Source: Phycisphaerae bacterium
GTDB taxonomy: Bacteria > Planctomycetota > Phycisphaerae > UBA1845
Assembly (NCBI GenBank): GCA_029260015.1
Contig: JAJDEB010000008.1
Span: 68,937 to 132,936 of the forward strand
Direction: 5' to 3'
DNA: 64,000 nt
Positions 9,379 to 18,417 of this stretch are shown piece after piece; position 1 is the first letter of the stretch, and each line of letters begins with the position of its first letter. The notes beneath the pieces are model-generated. The model had not been told where the DNA came from and did not search any database. It saw only the letters and a program-made list of their open reading frames with translations. The position numbers were made by a program, and so were the translations under genes.

Positions 9379-9449
9379 CTGGAATTGCGAAGAAGATTTC
9401 TACAGGAGCGAAGCTCCTCGTTCTCACGCCAATCTTTCGATTCTGGCGT

Positions 9450-10133
9450 TTAGCGACGACGGCGAATCAAGCCAGCCGCACCAATCGCAAGTAGCGCGAT
9501 TGTTGAGGGCTCAGGAGTCGCGCTGTCGTTCGGGAACAACTGGTAATTGGTCTCACCATTGTTGACGGTGTCATTGGCCCAATCAAAGCTCGAAAGGTCT
9601 TCGCCGAAAGTAAGCGTCAACGAGTCGAGACTGCTGAAACCGCCACCATCATCCCAAAGGCCCGATCCGCCAATTTCAGTCGCACCAGGTAGATTCTTCG
9701 TGGTTGCCGTCCAACGTCCAACACCATCAATCTGATAGATGCCGGGAGCCACGAGCGCTGGGAGATTGAACAAAAGCCCCGTGATTGGACCACTAATTTG
9801 GTGGCTCGTCACGACGTTGCTCGAATCTTCATAATCAAACGTCAAGCTCAGACTACCGCCGACAAACTGCGCCTGCGGGCCATCAAAGCCGTTGAAAGTT
9901 GAAGTCATGTTAAATGCTGCGTTGGATACGGTACCAGGCAGTCCGCCGGGACCTGGATCCAACAAGCTAACATTCTGACTCGATGAAGAGTTCACTGTCA
10001 GAACGCCAGCATTGAATGATGTGTCAAGTGTTCCATCAAGCATGTTGTGGATGATTGACGCATAACCTGCACCAAGTGCTGGTGTACCCGCAAACATCAA
10101 CAGTCCGATCGCTGCACAAATTGCTTTCCTCAT
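9450..10133 (-). CDS. PEP-CTERM sorting-domain secreted protein
   Basis: N-terminal signal peptide (MRKAICAAIGLLMFAGTPALGAG), a Gly/Ser/Thr/Asn-rich body, and a C-terminal PEP motif plus TM plus basic tail (TPEPSTIALLAIGAAGLIRRRR). GAGGAG lies 4 nt before the ATG. Confidence 0.85.
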   Translation of the reverse strand: MRKAICAAIGLLMFAGTPALGAGYASIIHNMLDGTLDTSFNAGVLTVNSSSSQNVSLLDPGPGGLPGTVSNAAFNMTSTFNGFDGPQAQFVGGSLSLTFDYEDSSNVVTSHQISGPITGLLFNLPALVAPGIYQIDGVGRWTATTKNLPGATEIGGSGLWDDGGGFSSLDSLTLTFGEDLSSFDWANDTVNNGETNYQLFPNDSATPEPSTIALLAIGAAGLIRRRR

Positions 10134-10281
10134 TACGCTCCTCGCTTTTCCGGTTTGCCCTTGAAAAAGGGTGCCTCGTTTCCCTGCTACATGCGAGCCA
10201 TCGGTCTACGGCTCGCTCGTATTTCCAATTCAAAATCACGCTATACAGCATTACAAATTACATCTGTTTGCAATCGCGTTT

Positions 10282-10959
10282 CTAGCGACGTTTGCGAACC
10301 AACATGAGTCCAAGACCCCCTAGAATCGCCAAGGTCGTCGGTTCAGGAATCTCAACCATCTGAAACGTTGAACTCGTTGTAAACTGAATATCGTCTTGAT
10401 AGTCTTCGACACCGCCACCAAGTTGCTGTGCACCGATGAAGGTGATGCTAAAGGTGTAGGGATTAACGACGTGCCCGTTGTCGAAGAGCCAACCACCCGT
10501 CGGTGTGAACACCGCGTTGAGCGAATCAAGAAAATCATCAGCGCCAACGTTTTCGTCCAATTGGAAACCGCTCATCGTTCCTTCAAGCGCCAATCCGGTG
10601 AACGCAGGCACAAAACTGCTCGTCACTGTTCCATTGAGGCTCATGGTCCCGCCACCCGAAAATGCACCAGCGGCCAAGCCACCAGCACTCGAGTCAGCGG
10701 CGAGGCCGTTGCCCGCCCATGAGAAGGTTCCGCCATCATTGATGTCCAAGAAGGTCGTGAATGACGGATCGAAAAAGCTCACGCCTCCCAAGAACGCACC
10801 ACTGATGTCGATTTCGCCGTTGGCTCCGTCAGACTTATCAAAAAGCACTGACGATCCAACGTTTCCGCCGATTAAGAGCTGCGTCGCATTTGCCGATGTT
10901 GCAGACATTGCAATAGCGGCAAGTCCAAGCACGGCTTTTCGGCTTATATTCCTAAGCAT
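10282..10959 (-). CDS. PEP-CTERM sorting-domain secreted protein (second, tandem)
   Basis: Signal peptide (AVLGLAAIAMSATSANA), a Gly-rich body, and C-terminal IPEPTTLAILGGLGLMLVRKRR. Confidence 0.85.
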   Translation of the reverse strand: MLRNISRKAVLGLAAIAMSATSANATQLLIGGNVGSSVLFDKSDGANGEIDISGAFLGGVSFFDPSFTTFLDINDGGTFSWAGNGLAADSSAGGLAAGAFSGGGTMSLNGTVTSSFVPAFTGLALEGTMSGFQLDENVGADDFLDSLNAVFTPTGGWLFDNGHVVNPYTFSITFIGAQQLGGGVEDYQDDIQFTTSSTFQMVEIPEPTTLAILGGLGLMLVRKRR

Positions 10960-11429
10960 GCTTCGTGTCCTCCTGCTTCCTTGCGGTATTCGTTGAATTC
11001 TCGTTCAAGCTGATCGACTTGCGAGATTTCTTAACGAGTACCTGAGTTCTTTCCTTCCACTGTCTCTTTCAAACGGGCCCGGCCTGATTACTTCGGCCTT
11101 AGTACCTTTAACTACTAACCAGTACTTCCCGATCAGTTTGCAACAAAAAAAAGAGCCAAGACGCACGCGTCTCGCTCTCTCTCGATTCCACTCGGTTCGG
11201 ATCCCCCTAATGGGAACTCTCGCCAAGCTTCACTTCCGCCCGCACTCCTCCCCAGGATGCAGGCGAACTTAGATTAAGGATTTATGCTATCAAATCCCGA
11301 TAGATGCCGTCAATCACTAAATCGTAAGTTAAATTCGATTTTATTGCCCTTCGATGCGACTGAGTCCGATAATCCATTCACAACATTCTGCAACAACTTG
11401 ACTTATGACGATCAGGGCAACTCGCATAT

Positions 11430-13361
11430 CTAATCCAAATCAGAATAATCTTCATTGTAATTCGACATTACTGTGTTGATGTCGTCCCCATCGACCCGCC
11501 CATCTTCATTCACGTCGGCCAGCACAGAATACGCCGGCTCAGAAAGGACCGAATCGAAATGCGTCAAGACGAGCAAAATGTCCGAAAATCCCACGTAATC
11601 ATCACGGTTTGCATCGCCGGGGCGCGGTGCGACTTTGATTCTTCCACCCTCTCCGCTGCGAACTCGGGTTAATGGGTCGCCCAGTGCAAGCTCAGTCCAA
11701 CTGAGATACGGAATTGCGGTGTACAAAGCTTCAACCAAGCAAAGGTCTGAAACGCCATCTCCGTCGTCATCGCGAAGATAGTTGGATATCATGAATTCGC
11801 CTTGAATCGTGCCCCCAACCTCCGGTTCAAACGAATGGCCAACCGCACCCGTTCCACCCATTTCAATGAACTCGCAAATCTTTCCTTGATTCGTGAAAGG
11901 ATTTAAGAACATCGTCACGGCATTGTAGCTTTCCAACGATGAAAAAATCGCGCCCGGACTGCACTTGAACAGGGGGCCGTTATTGGGGCCGCTCACCAGC
12001 AGATAATTTGTAGGCCGGCCATCACCTCCGTTGCGCCCGTAACTCTGCAGGGCGATGATTGATTGATCGTCCCCGACCAGCGCACCGTTTAAGATCGTCC
12101 CAGTGTCGTCCCAGAAACTGATGCCACCCAGTGTCAGTGTTGCCGACACCTGTCCCGTTGCTCCGGCGGTGGCTGGCGAACCGGTCGCCCACTCATGCGC
12201 TCGAAAAAAGTGGTTGGCTGCGGTGAACAACGTGCCATAGTCCTCGCCTCCCGGTGGGATCGGATGTGTTTCATAATCGAGTATTTGAAACTGCGGCGGC
12301 ATGTTTAGCACTTCAGTATATGCAAAGACTGATGGAGCTGGCGGCGTTGGTGAATGATCAAGAACTAAAATGCTGTCTGCTTCGTTTAACCCTACAAACC
12401 TAGGGTGATTCGGATCACTGACCATTGCGGATCGCAGCAGCATGTTGTACACCGCGTGAACCGGATATTCACCTTGCAAACGCGGCCCATCCAAACGCGA
12501 CACCAAATAAATGTCAGCAGGACTCATGCGGCGTTCGAGTGCTGCATACCCTGCGCCATTGAATTCACCTTCCATCAGCGCGCTTTTAAAAATGCGCCAC
12601 ATGTTGGACCAGCGAAACCCATTCCGTTTTCCCAAGATATCGCGATCAAGCGCCCACTTCTTGATGCTGCTGCGATAGCCTTGATACGGATTCACCAACC
12701 GGCCGTTGATGGGCGCCCGGGCAGTCTCATCTAGTTGCGGGTCGATTTGAAACAGCACCGATAGTTCAGACTCTACCGATGCAGCATTCACAAGATTTCG
12801 GTTGGTCACGGTCAGTCCGGGATCTGATGCGGCTGGCATCACCACGTTTGCAAAATCCGGATCGGTATCTTCAATTCGATATGGCATTCCTGCCGTCGTG
12901 ATGATGACATAGGTGCGATTTTCAATGCCCAATGACGTCAAGTGATCACGAGTCGGCTGAGCGATCAGGGTTTCAAAATCTGACCGGGAAATAATCTCGT
13001 TCGCCGGTGTCGAAGTAAGCGTCGCACTGTCGGTCAGACCTGCGAGATGCAGTACCTGGTGGTCCTTGATGTCAGGATGAAACTGCCGGTACATCTTGAC
13101 GATTTCCAAACCAGCAGGACTGTCTTGATTGACAAGAATCAATACGTTCCACCATTTGAGCGGACGATCTGTGTCTTTCAAGAACGGCAGGATTTCAGAG
13201 ATATCACCGGAGCCTTGAAGAGTCGGATGGCTCATTTCATCAGAAACTGGATTTGCCGTCTCTGGTTGACCCGTCGGCGAATCTCCCAACGAATTGGCCG
13301 GGAGCCCCCAGTGAGCAATTCCCAAGGCCAACATCATCGGTAGGATTTTGGGGAATCTCAT
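11430..13361 (-). CDS. Secreted hypothetical protein with C-terminal dockerin-like repeats
   Basis: The signal peptide starts at the internal Met (MRFPKILPMMLALGIAHWGLPANS, ATG at 13361). The C-terminus has paired Asp repeats (GDANRDDYVGFSDILLVLTHF; ADVNEDGRVDGDDINTVMSNY). The large central domain is unrecognised. Confidence 0.7.
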   Translation of the reverse strand: MRFPKILPMMLALGIAHWGLPANSLGDSPTGQPETANPVSDEMSHPTLQGSGDISEILPFLKDTDRPLKWWNVLILVNQDSPAGLEIVKMYRQFHPDIKDHQVLHLAGLTDSATLTSTPANEIISRSDFETLIAQPTRDHLTSLGIENRTYVIITTAGMPYRIEDTDPDFANVVMPAASDPGLTVTNRNLVNAASVESELSVLFQIDPQLDETARAPINGRLVNPYQGYRSSIKKWALDRDILGKRNGFRWSNMWRIFKSALMEGEFNGAGYAALERRMSPADIYLVSRLDGPRLQGEYPVHAVYNMLLRSAMVSDPNHPRFVGLNEADSILVLDHSPTPPAPSVFAYTEVLNMPPQFQILDYETHPIPPGGEDYGTLFTAANHFFRAHEWATGSPATAGATGQVSATLTLGGISFWDDTGTILNGALVGDDQSIIALQSYGRNGGDGRPTNYLLVSGPNNGPLFKCSPGAIFSSLESYNAVTMFLNPFTNQGKICEFIEMGGTGAVGHSFEPEVGGTIQGEFMISNYLRDDDGDGVSDLCLVEALYTAIPYLSWTELALGDPLTRVRSGEGGRIKVAPRPGDANRDDYVGFSDILLVLTHFDSVLSEPAYSVLADVNEDGRVDGDDINTVMSNYNEDYSDLD

Positions 13362-13759
13362 CACCAACGTATTCCTGTAGCGCACGCACCAAGCGTCGCT
13401 AAATTTACCGCCCAACATATGTGAATCTCAGAGCGAATCGCTAACAGGAAGGACACCGACCCAAAGCAACCTTGAAGGATGGAATTCCGGGCAAAAATAC
13501 CCGGGAATTAAGCGCAAACAAACCCCCTACCGACCATGACAACGCCCAACGGCGGCAAGATTAAATTGCTTCCGGTTCTCCTCCTGTGCTCGTCAGCACC
13601 GCTTCCTTCCCGGCCGCCTCAATTCTGGATTACCACTAAAGGATACAGTTCAGATGTGAAAACAGAAAGAGGATTACGCAAAAACTCTATGAGAATCTAG
13701 GCTGCAAGTGGTTGGGTCGCCCGTGGTGAAGGGTCAGTTCACAATCCAAGGAGAACATC

Positions 13760-14533
13760 CTAAGTGGATTGGTCAGCGGGTTGCAGCGCTCCATATCGCC
13801 GTTCTCGACCCGCGAAATCGCGAATAGCACCGTCTAAGTGTTCCGCTGTGAACTCCGGCCAATGAACGTCAGAAACGAAAATCTCAGCGTAACTGATCTG
13901 CCAAAGCAGAAAATTGCTGATGCGACGTTCGCCGGCTGTTCGGATCAGCAGATCGGGGTCGGGTAGTCCTCGCGAGTAAAGGGCATTGGAGATGGTGTCT
14001 TCGTTGATGTCCGAAACGGCTAGATCGCCATCCTTAACGTTAGTAGCGATCGATGCGACCGCCTCAACAATCTCGCGGCGCGAACCGTAATTCAGTGCGA
14101 GGCAAAGCTTCAAACCGGTGTTCGATTTAGACGCTTCTTTCGTGATGTCCATCTGCTTTAGGACATTGTCTGGCAATCCGGTTCGACTACCCAAATGGAC
14201 GAATTGGATGTTATTTTCGACAATCTCACTTCGTTCAGAAATCAAGTATTGGCCGTACAACTCCATTAAGAAGTCCACTTCGACTTTTGGTCTGTTCCAA
14301 TTTTCGTGACTGAAACTGTAAAGGGTCAGAACGTCAATGCCGAGACGGGCGCAGCGGGTGACGATGGTGCGGACGGTTTTTGCACCCTCTTCGTGGCCAC
14401 GAATACGGGGCAATCCGCGCGACTGAGCCCAGCGGCCATTACCGTCCATGATGATTGCGATGTGCCGTGGAAGCTGCGAACGGTCGACACCGATTTCGTC
14501 TTTTGGATCTAGTGGATCGGGGTGATTGGCCAT
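13760..14533 (-). CDS. uppS: Undecaprenyl diphosphate synthase (cis-prenyltransferase)
   Basis: HIAIIMDGNGRWA, SFSHENWNRP and IRTAGERRISNFLLWQISYAEI motifs. The internal Met at 14533 (MANHPDP) removes the apparent 80-nt overlap with purA. Confidence 0.9.
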   Translation of the reverse strand: MANHPDPLDPKDEIGVDRSQLPRHIAIIMDGNGRWAQSRGLPRIRGHEEGAKTVRTIVTRCARLGIDVLTLYSFSHENWNRPKVEVDFLMELYGQYLISERSEIVENNIQFVHLGSRTGLPDNVLKQMDITKEASKSNTGLKLCLALNYGSRREIVEAVASIATNVKDGDLAVSDINEDTISNALYSRGLPDPDLLIRTAGERRISNFLLWQISYAEIFVSDVHWPEFTAEHLDGAIRDFAGRERRYGALQPADQST

Positions 14534-14537
14534 GATG

Positions 14538-15860
14538 TTATCTTGTACGATGGATCGTCTGGTTTCGTTCGGGCCCGACGCTGACAGTGCTGATCGAGGC
14601 ACCCACCAATTCCTCAACTCTCACGATGTATTTGCGCGCGGCATCGGGCAGGTCTTCAAATCGCTTTACGGAACTCACATCATCAAGCCAACCAGCCACC
14701 ATCTCGATGATCGGTTCAACCGCCCCGAAATCGTCGGCATCGGCGGGAATGGATCGTAACGTCTCATCACCAAGACGATACCCCGTGCAAATGCCGATCT
14801 CTGGAAGACCGCTGAGCGTATCCATGTGCATCATGGCGATTTCCGTCACGCCGCCCAGTACCACGCTGCGTCGCAACGTCACCGCGTCAAGCCAACCACA
14901 ACGCCTGGGCCTTCCGGTCGTCGTGCCAAATTCCCGCCCTACTTCGCGAATCCGATCGCCTCGTTCATCGAGCAATTCAGAAGGAAATGGCCCGTTGCCC
15001 ACCCTTGTGGCATATGCTTTGGTGACACCAACACAGCGTTGTACCAGATGGGGCGAAACACCGGCGCCGGCAGGTACGCCGTTGAGTCCCGTGTGGCTGG
15101 CGGTGACGAATGGAAACGTCCCATGATCGATATCGAGAAGCATTCCGTTGGCGCTTTCAAACAGCAGGTTACGCCCCTTGCTGATTGCATCTTCGAGCCA
15201 CGATGTCGTATCGGTGACGTACCCTGAAAGCATATTCTTAACGGACTGCAACATCGAGCGAACGCCATCGAAATCAAGCGCGTCGTCGTGCAGCGACTCG
15301 TCATCCGCACCCATCGCCGCAAGAATCGCCTGCTTGCGTTGACAGACCATTTTCAGCCGATCGGTATGTCGATCCAGATGGACCAAGTCAACCATCCGAA
15401 ACGCTGACGACCGCAGCATCTTTTCAGCGTAACAAGGACCGATGCCTTTGGCAGTGGTTCCGATCTTCTTTCCTTGCGAACCGGAGTCGCGCAATCGGTC
15501 TTCTAACTTGTGGTATGGCATGACCAAGTGGGCACGGTCGCTAATTAAGAGTCGCCCGGACAGACTGATCCCGCGGGATTCAAGGCCTTCAATCTCGTCA
15601 ACCAATGCCAAAGGATCGACGACGACTCCCGGACCGATCACGCTGACGGCGCTCTCACGCAGCACACCAGAGGGCAACAAATGCAGGGCAAACGCGTCGT
15701 CCCCAATGCGCACCGTATGGCCCGCATTCGCGCCACCGTTGAATCGAATAACAACGTCGAAATCGCCGGCAAGCAGATCGACAATCTTGCCCTTACCCTC
15801 GTCGCCCCAGCCCATCCCGACAACGCAGGCGTGCTTACTATGACTGTTTGCGCTAGACAT
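14538..15860 (-). CDS. purA: Adenylosuccinate synthetase
   Basis: GWGDEGKGKIVD P-loop, GTTAKGIGPCY, and TTGRPRRCGWLD; the length is 440 aa. Confidence 0.95.
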   Translation of the reverse strand: MSSANSHSKHACVVGMGWGDEGKGKIVDLLAGDFDVVIRFNGGANAGHTVRIGDDAFALHLLPSGVLRESAVSVIGPGVVVDPLALVDEIEGLESRGISLSGRLLISDRAHLVMPYHKLEDRLRDSGSQGKKIGTTAKGIGPCYAEKMLRSSAFRMVDLVHLDRHTDRLKMVCQRKQAILAAMGADDESLHDDALDFDGVRSMLQSVKNMLSGYVTDTTSWLEDAISKGRNLLFESANGMLLDIDHGTFPFVTASHTGLNGVPAGAGVSPHLVQRCVGVTKAYATRVGNGPFPSELLDERGDRIREVGREFGTTTGRPRRCGWLDAVTLRRSVVLGGVTEIAMMHMDTLSGLPEIGICTGYRLGDETLRSIPADADDFGAVEPIIEMVAGWLDDVSSVKRFEDLPDAARKYIVRVEELVGASISTVSVGPERNQTIHRTR

Positions 15861-15922
15861 CCATGTTCTCGCTCAGTCCTGATACATTTGTACAAGTTCG
15901 CAGCAATCAGGCAGCCGCATTG

Positions 15923-16324
15923 TCATTCGTCAGTCCACAACGTTTCCGGCATCAAGGTTGGCTTTCCGTTTCGATCGACACAGGCGAGCGTCGATGTCGC
16001 CTCGGTTGATAAGATGCCGTTGTTGATAATCTTGTAACTGTGATCGACGCGCGTGCGGGTGATGCGATCGACTTCGGTGTGGATCGTCACCACGTCGTCG
16101 TAGCGAATCGGAGCGCGATACCGTATGCCGATTTTAGCGACCACGAAGAAGAACCCCTTCTCCTCCATTTCACGATAACTAACGCCAGACGTCCGCAGCA
16201 ATTCAGTCCGCGACACCTCCAGGTACTCAAAATACTTAGCGTGGTGCAGCAGCCCCATCGCGTCGCACTCGGCGTAGCGCACCCGAATCTGCACCTCCGA
16301 CTTTTGTGCGTTGTTCGTCATCAT
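15923..16324 (-). CDS. Acyl-CoA thioesterase, 4HBT/YbgC family (hotdog fold)
   Basis: N-terminal VRYAECDAMGLLHHAKYFEYLEVSRTELLR is typical of YbgC/FcoT-type thioesterases; 133 aa. Confidence 0.8.
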   Translation of the reverse strand: MMTNNAQKSEVQIRVRYAECDAMGLLHHAKYFEYLEVSRTELLRTSGVSYREMEEKGFFFVVAKIGIRYRAPIRYDDVVTIHTEVDRITRTRVDHSYKIINNGILSTEATSTLACVDRNGKPTLMPETLWTDE

Positions 16325-16392
16325 TTACCATCGCTCTTGAGCATTCGTTTCGACTGTGATGAGCGAAGCATCTGGCAATTCCCCCTTATTTA

Positions 16393-18252
16393 TCAACCTA
16401 AAACGATCTTTAAGGTGACCGACTTACCGTCACGCTGGACTTCGACTTCAACCTCATCACCGGGATTCTTGTCGCGTAGGGCGGCCATGTAGTCATAAAT
16501 GTTTTTGACCTTGGTTTCGCCCACTCGAACGATGACATCACCGTCTTTCATGCCACCCTTGACGGCTGGGCTGTCTTCGAGAACGGCATCAACGCCCAGT
16601 CCTTCACCGCTGTCGGCGTAGCTTGGCATGATGCCCATACGAACCCGTGAACGATTACCACCGACTTGAGCCGGGGCGGCGACATAGTGATAGACCGGGC
16701 GTGCGTCATCATCAATGATCGACTTCGCAACCTCTTCGATGTATGCAAGAAAGCGTACCGACTTGTCGGTATTCACCTTGTCGGCGTCGTCGCTGGGCCG
16801 ATGATAGTCCTCATGCAATCCGCTAAAGAAATGAAGCGATGGAATCTTCTTTTGATAAAATGATGTGTGGTCGCTCGGGCCGGTCGCGCTGGCACTTCCC
16901 TTTAAATCGAACGCGTGCTTCTTGGCGAGTCGTTCCAGCATATCGCCGAATCCCTCTGCCGCCTCTGTACCGAAAACCTGAATCGAATTGTTGTCCTCTG
17001 CAAGCCGCCCGATCATGTCCATGTTGAGCATGGCCACGACATTTTCCAATTCGACCGTCGGATGATTCACAAAATGCTTACTGCCCAGCAGACCCGACTC
17101 TTCCCCCGAAAACGCCATGAACAACACGCTGCGCCTCAACGGTTGCTGCGACGCAAGCTTGCGGGCAAGTTCAATCACACCAGCCGTACCCGACGCGTTG
17201 TCATCGGCACCATTGTGGATCTGCGGAATCTGATCCACGGTTTCGGCGTTGTGGCTGGGAGCCGATCGCGGGATGGTTTTGCCGAGGTGATCGTAATGTG
17301 CCCCGATCACGACGATTTCGTGGGCCAATGGTCCGACGCCCTTTAGAATGCCGAGTACGTTTCGCGTCATCGTCGTTTCGCGCACGATTCCCGGGTCGCC
17401 CTTGATATGCACACCCTTAAGGGCAGTCGATGCCGGAGTCCCAGCGTCAAGTTGATCTTGCAGCGATCGCAGATTTCCCGCCCCACCGGCTTTGATCATC
17501 AATTCGGCGAACAACTGAGAGACATGAAACGCGGGCAGGCCGTAGTCGGCTGCGTTCCCTCCGCTGCGCCATCGCTGAAGTCGATCTTCGCCCTCGCCAA
17601 ATCGATTGACGATCAGGACAGCGACAGCACCGTTTTCCTTGGCGTTGTATATCTTGTTGCTGAACTGGGCGTGCGGCGTGAAGTCGCTGTCATCTTCGGT
17701 CCATGACGGCGGCTCGTGACGCAACATGAGCACGACCTTCCCGTTGACATCAAAGTGGGCAAAGTCGTTGTGCTTCTGATCGTCGTTGACGATTCCGTAG
17801 CCCGCAAAAACAACGTCGCCTTCAAATGCACCAGAACCAGAAAAACCAAACGGTACGAAGTCGGTTTCAATAGTTGGCTGATCTTCGGCTCCGGTGATTT
17901 CAAGCCGGCATTTGTCCGACAGTTTCGGGTTGAGCGACACCTCAAACGATTGAAAAAACGTGCCGTTGTCGCCGGCTGGGTCGAGCCCGGAACTGGCAAG
18001 ATGATTGGCGATGTAGTCGGCTGACCGCTCGATTCCCGGCGTGCCCAAACCGCGACCGCCCTGTTCGTCTGCAGCCAGAAAATTCACATGACCCTGAAAC
18101 GAATTCGGCGTGATCGAATAATTCATCACCGCAGCGAATACGATGGTCGGCACCAAAGTGCCGACGAGCATCGCAGTCGCTAACCAGAATTGTCGGTTAC
18201 GGTTTCCACCACGATCCATGCGAACACTTCCCATCTTTTGAATCTCCTTCAC
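16393..18252 (-). CDS. M28 family aminopeptidase with PA domain and C-terminal PDZ domain
   Basis: Signal/TM segment (FWLATAMLVGTLVPTIVFAAV). M28 metal ligands in context (GAHYDHLG; GADDNASGTAGVIELA; AFSGEESGLLGSKHF). PDZ-like C-terminus (GLGVDAVLEDSPAVKGGMKDGDVIVRVGE). Confidence 0.85.
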   Translation of the reverse strand: MKEIQKMGSVRMDRGGNRNRQFWLATAMLVGTLVPTIVFAAVMNYSITPNSFQGHVNFLAADEQGGRGLGTPGIERSADYIANHLASSGLDPAGDNGTFFQSFEVSLNPKLSDKCRLEITGAEDQPTIETDFVPFGFSGSGAFEGDVVFAGYGIVNDDQKHNDFAHFDVNGKVVLMLRHEPPSWTEDDSDFTPHAQFSNKIYNAKENGAVAVLIVNRFGEGEDRLQRWRSGGNAADYGLPAFHVSQLFAELMIKAGGAGNLRSLQDQLDAGTPASTALKGVHIKGDPGIVRETTMTRNVLGILKGVGPLAHEIVVIGAHYDHLGKTIPRSAPSHNAETVDQIPQIHNGADDNASGTAGVIELARKLASQQPLRRSVLFMAFSGEESGLLGSKHFVNHPTVELENVVAMLNMDMIGRLAEDNNSIQVFGTEAAEGFGDMLERLAKKHAFDLKGSASATGPSDHTSFYQKKIPSLHFFSGLHEDYHRPSDDADKVNTDKSVRFLAYIEEVAKSIIDDDARPVYHYVAAPAQVGGNRSRVRMGIMPSYADSGEGLGVDAVLEDSPAVKGGMKDGDVIVRVGETKVKNIYDYMAALRDKNPGDEVEVEVQRDGKSVTLKIVLG

Positions 18253-18417
18253 GCCCGATGTTCAATCCTTGCAATAACGCTGATTTCGAGCGGCATCGTA
18301 GCCGTCACGACAAACAGACGCAATGCAGGTAACGCGATGAATTCGGCGGATGTAGATTGCGTAATTTATGGTTGTTTTCCCGCAGGAAACGGACATGTCG
18401 AAGGATGTCGAATGGTT

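Noticed and set aside
9260-9565. A 101-aa plus-strand ORF.
   Set aside because: It runs through the minus-strand terminator hairpin and into the antisense of the PEP-CTERM gene's C-terminal signal. It has no SD or family support.
11125-11160. On the minus strand, TGGCTC-N8-GTTGCA upstream of a PEP-CTERM gene looked like a sigma-54 -24/-12 promoter.
   Set aside because: The GG-to-GC spacing is 4 nt too long compared with TGGCAC-N5-TTGC, and the -24 element is imperfect.
14538-14617. An apparent 80-nt overlap between uppS and purA.
   Set aside because: The overlap disappears if uppS starts at the internal Met (14533, MANHPDP), which also matches the family N-terminus. It is not a real overlap.
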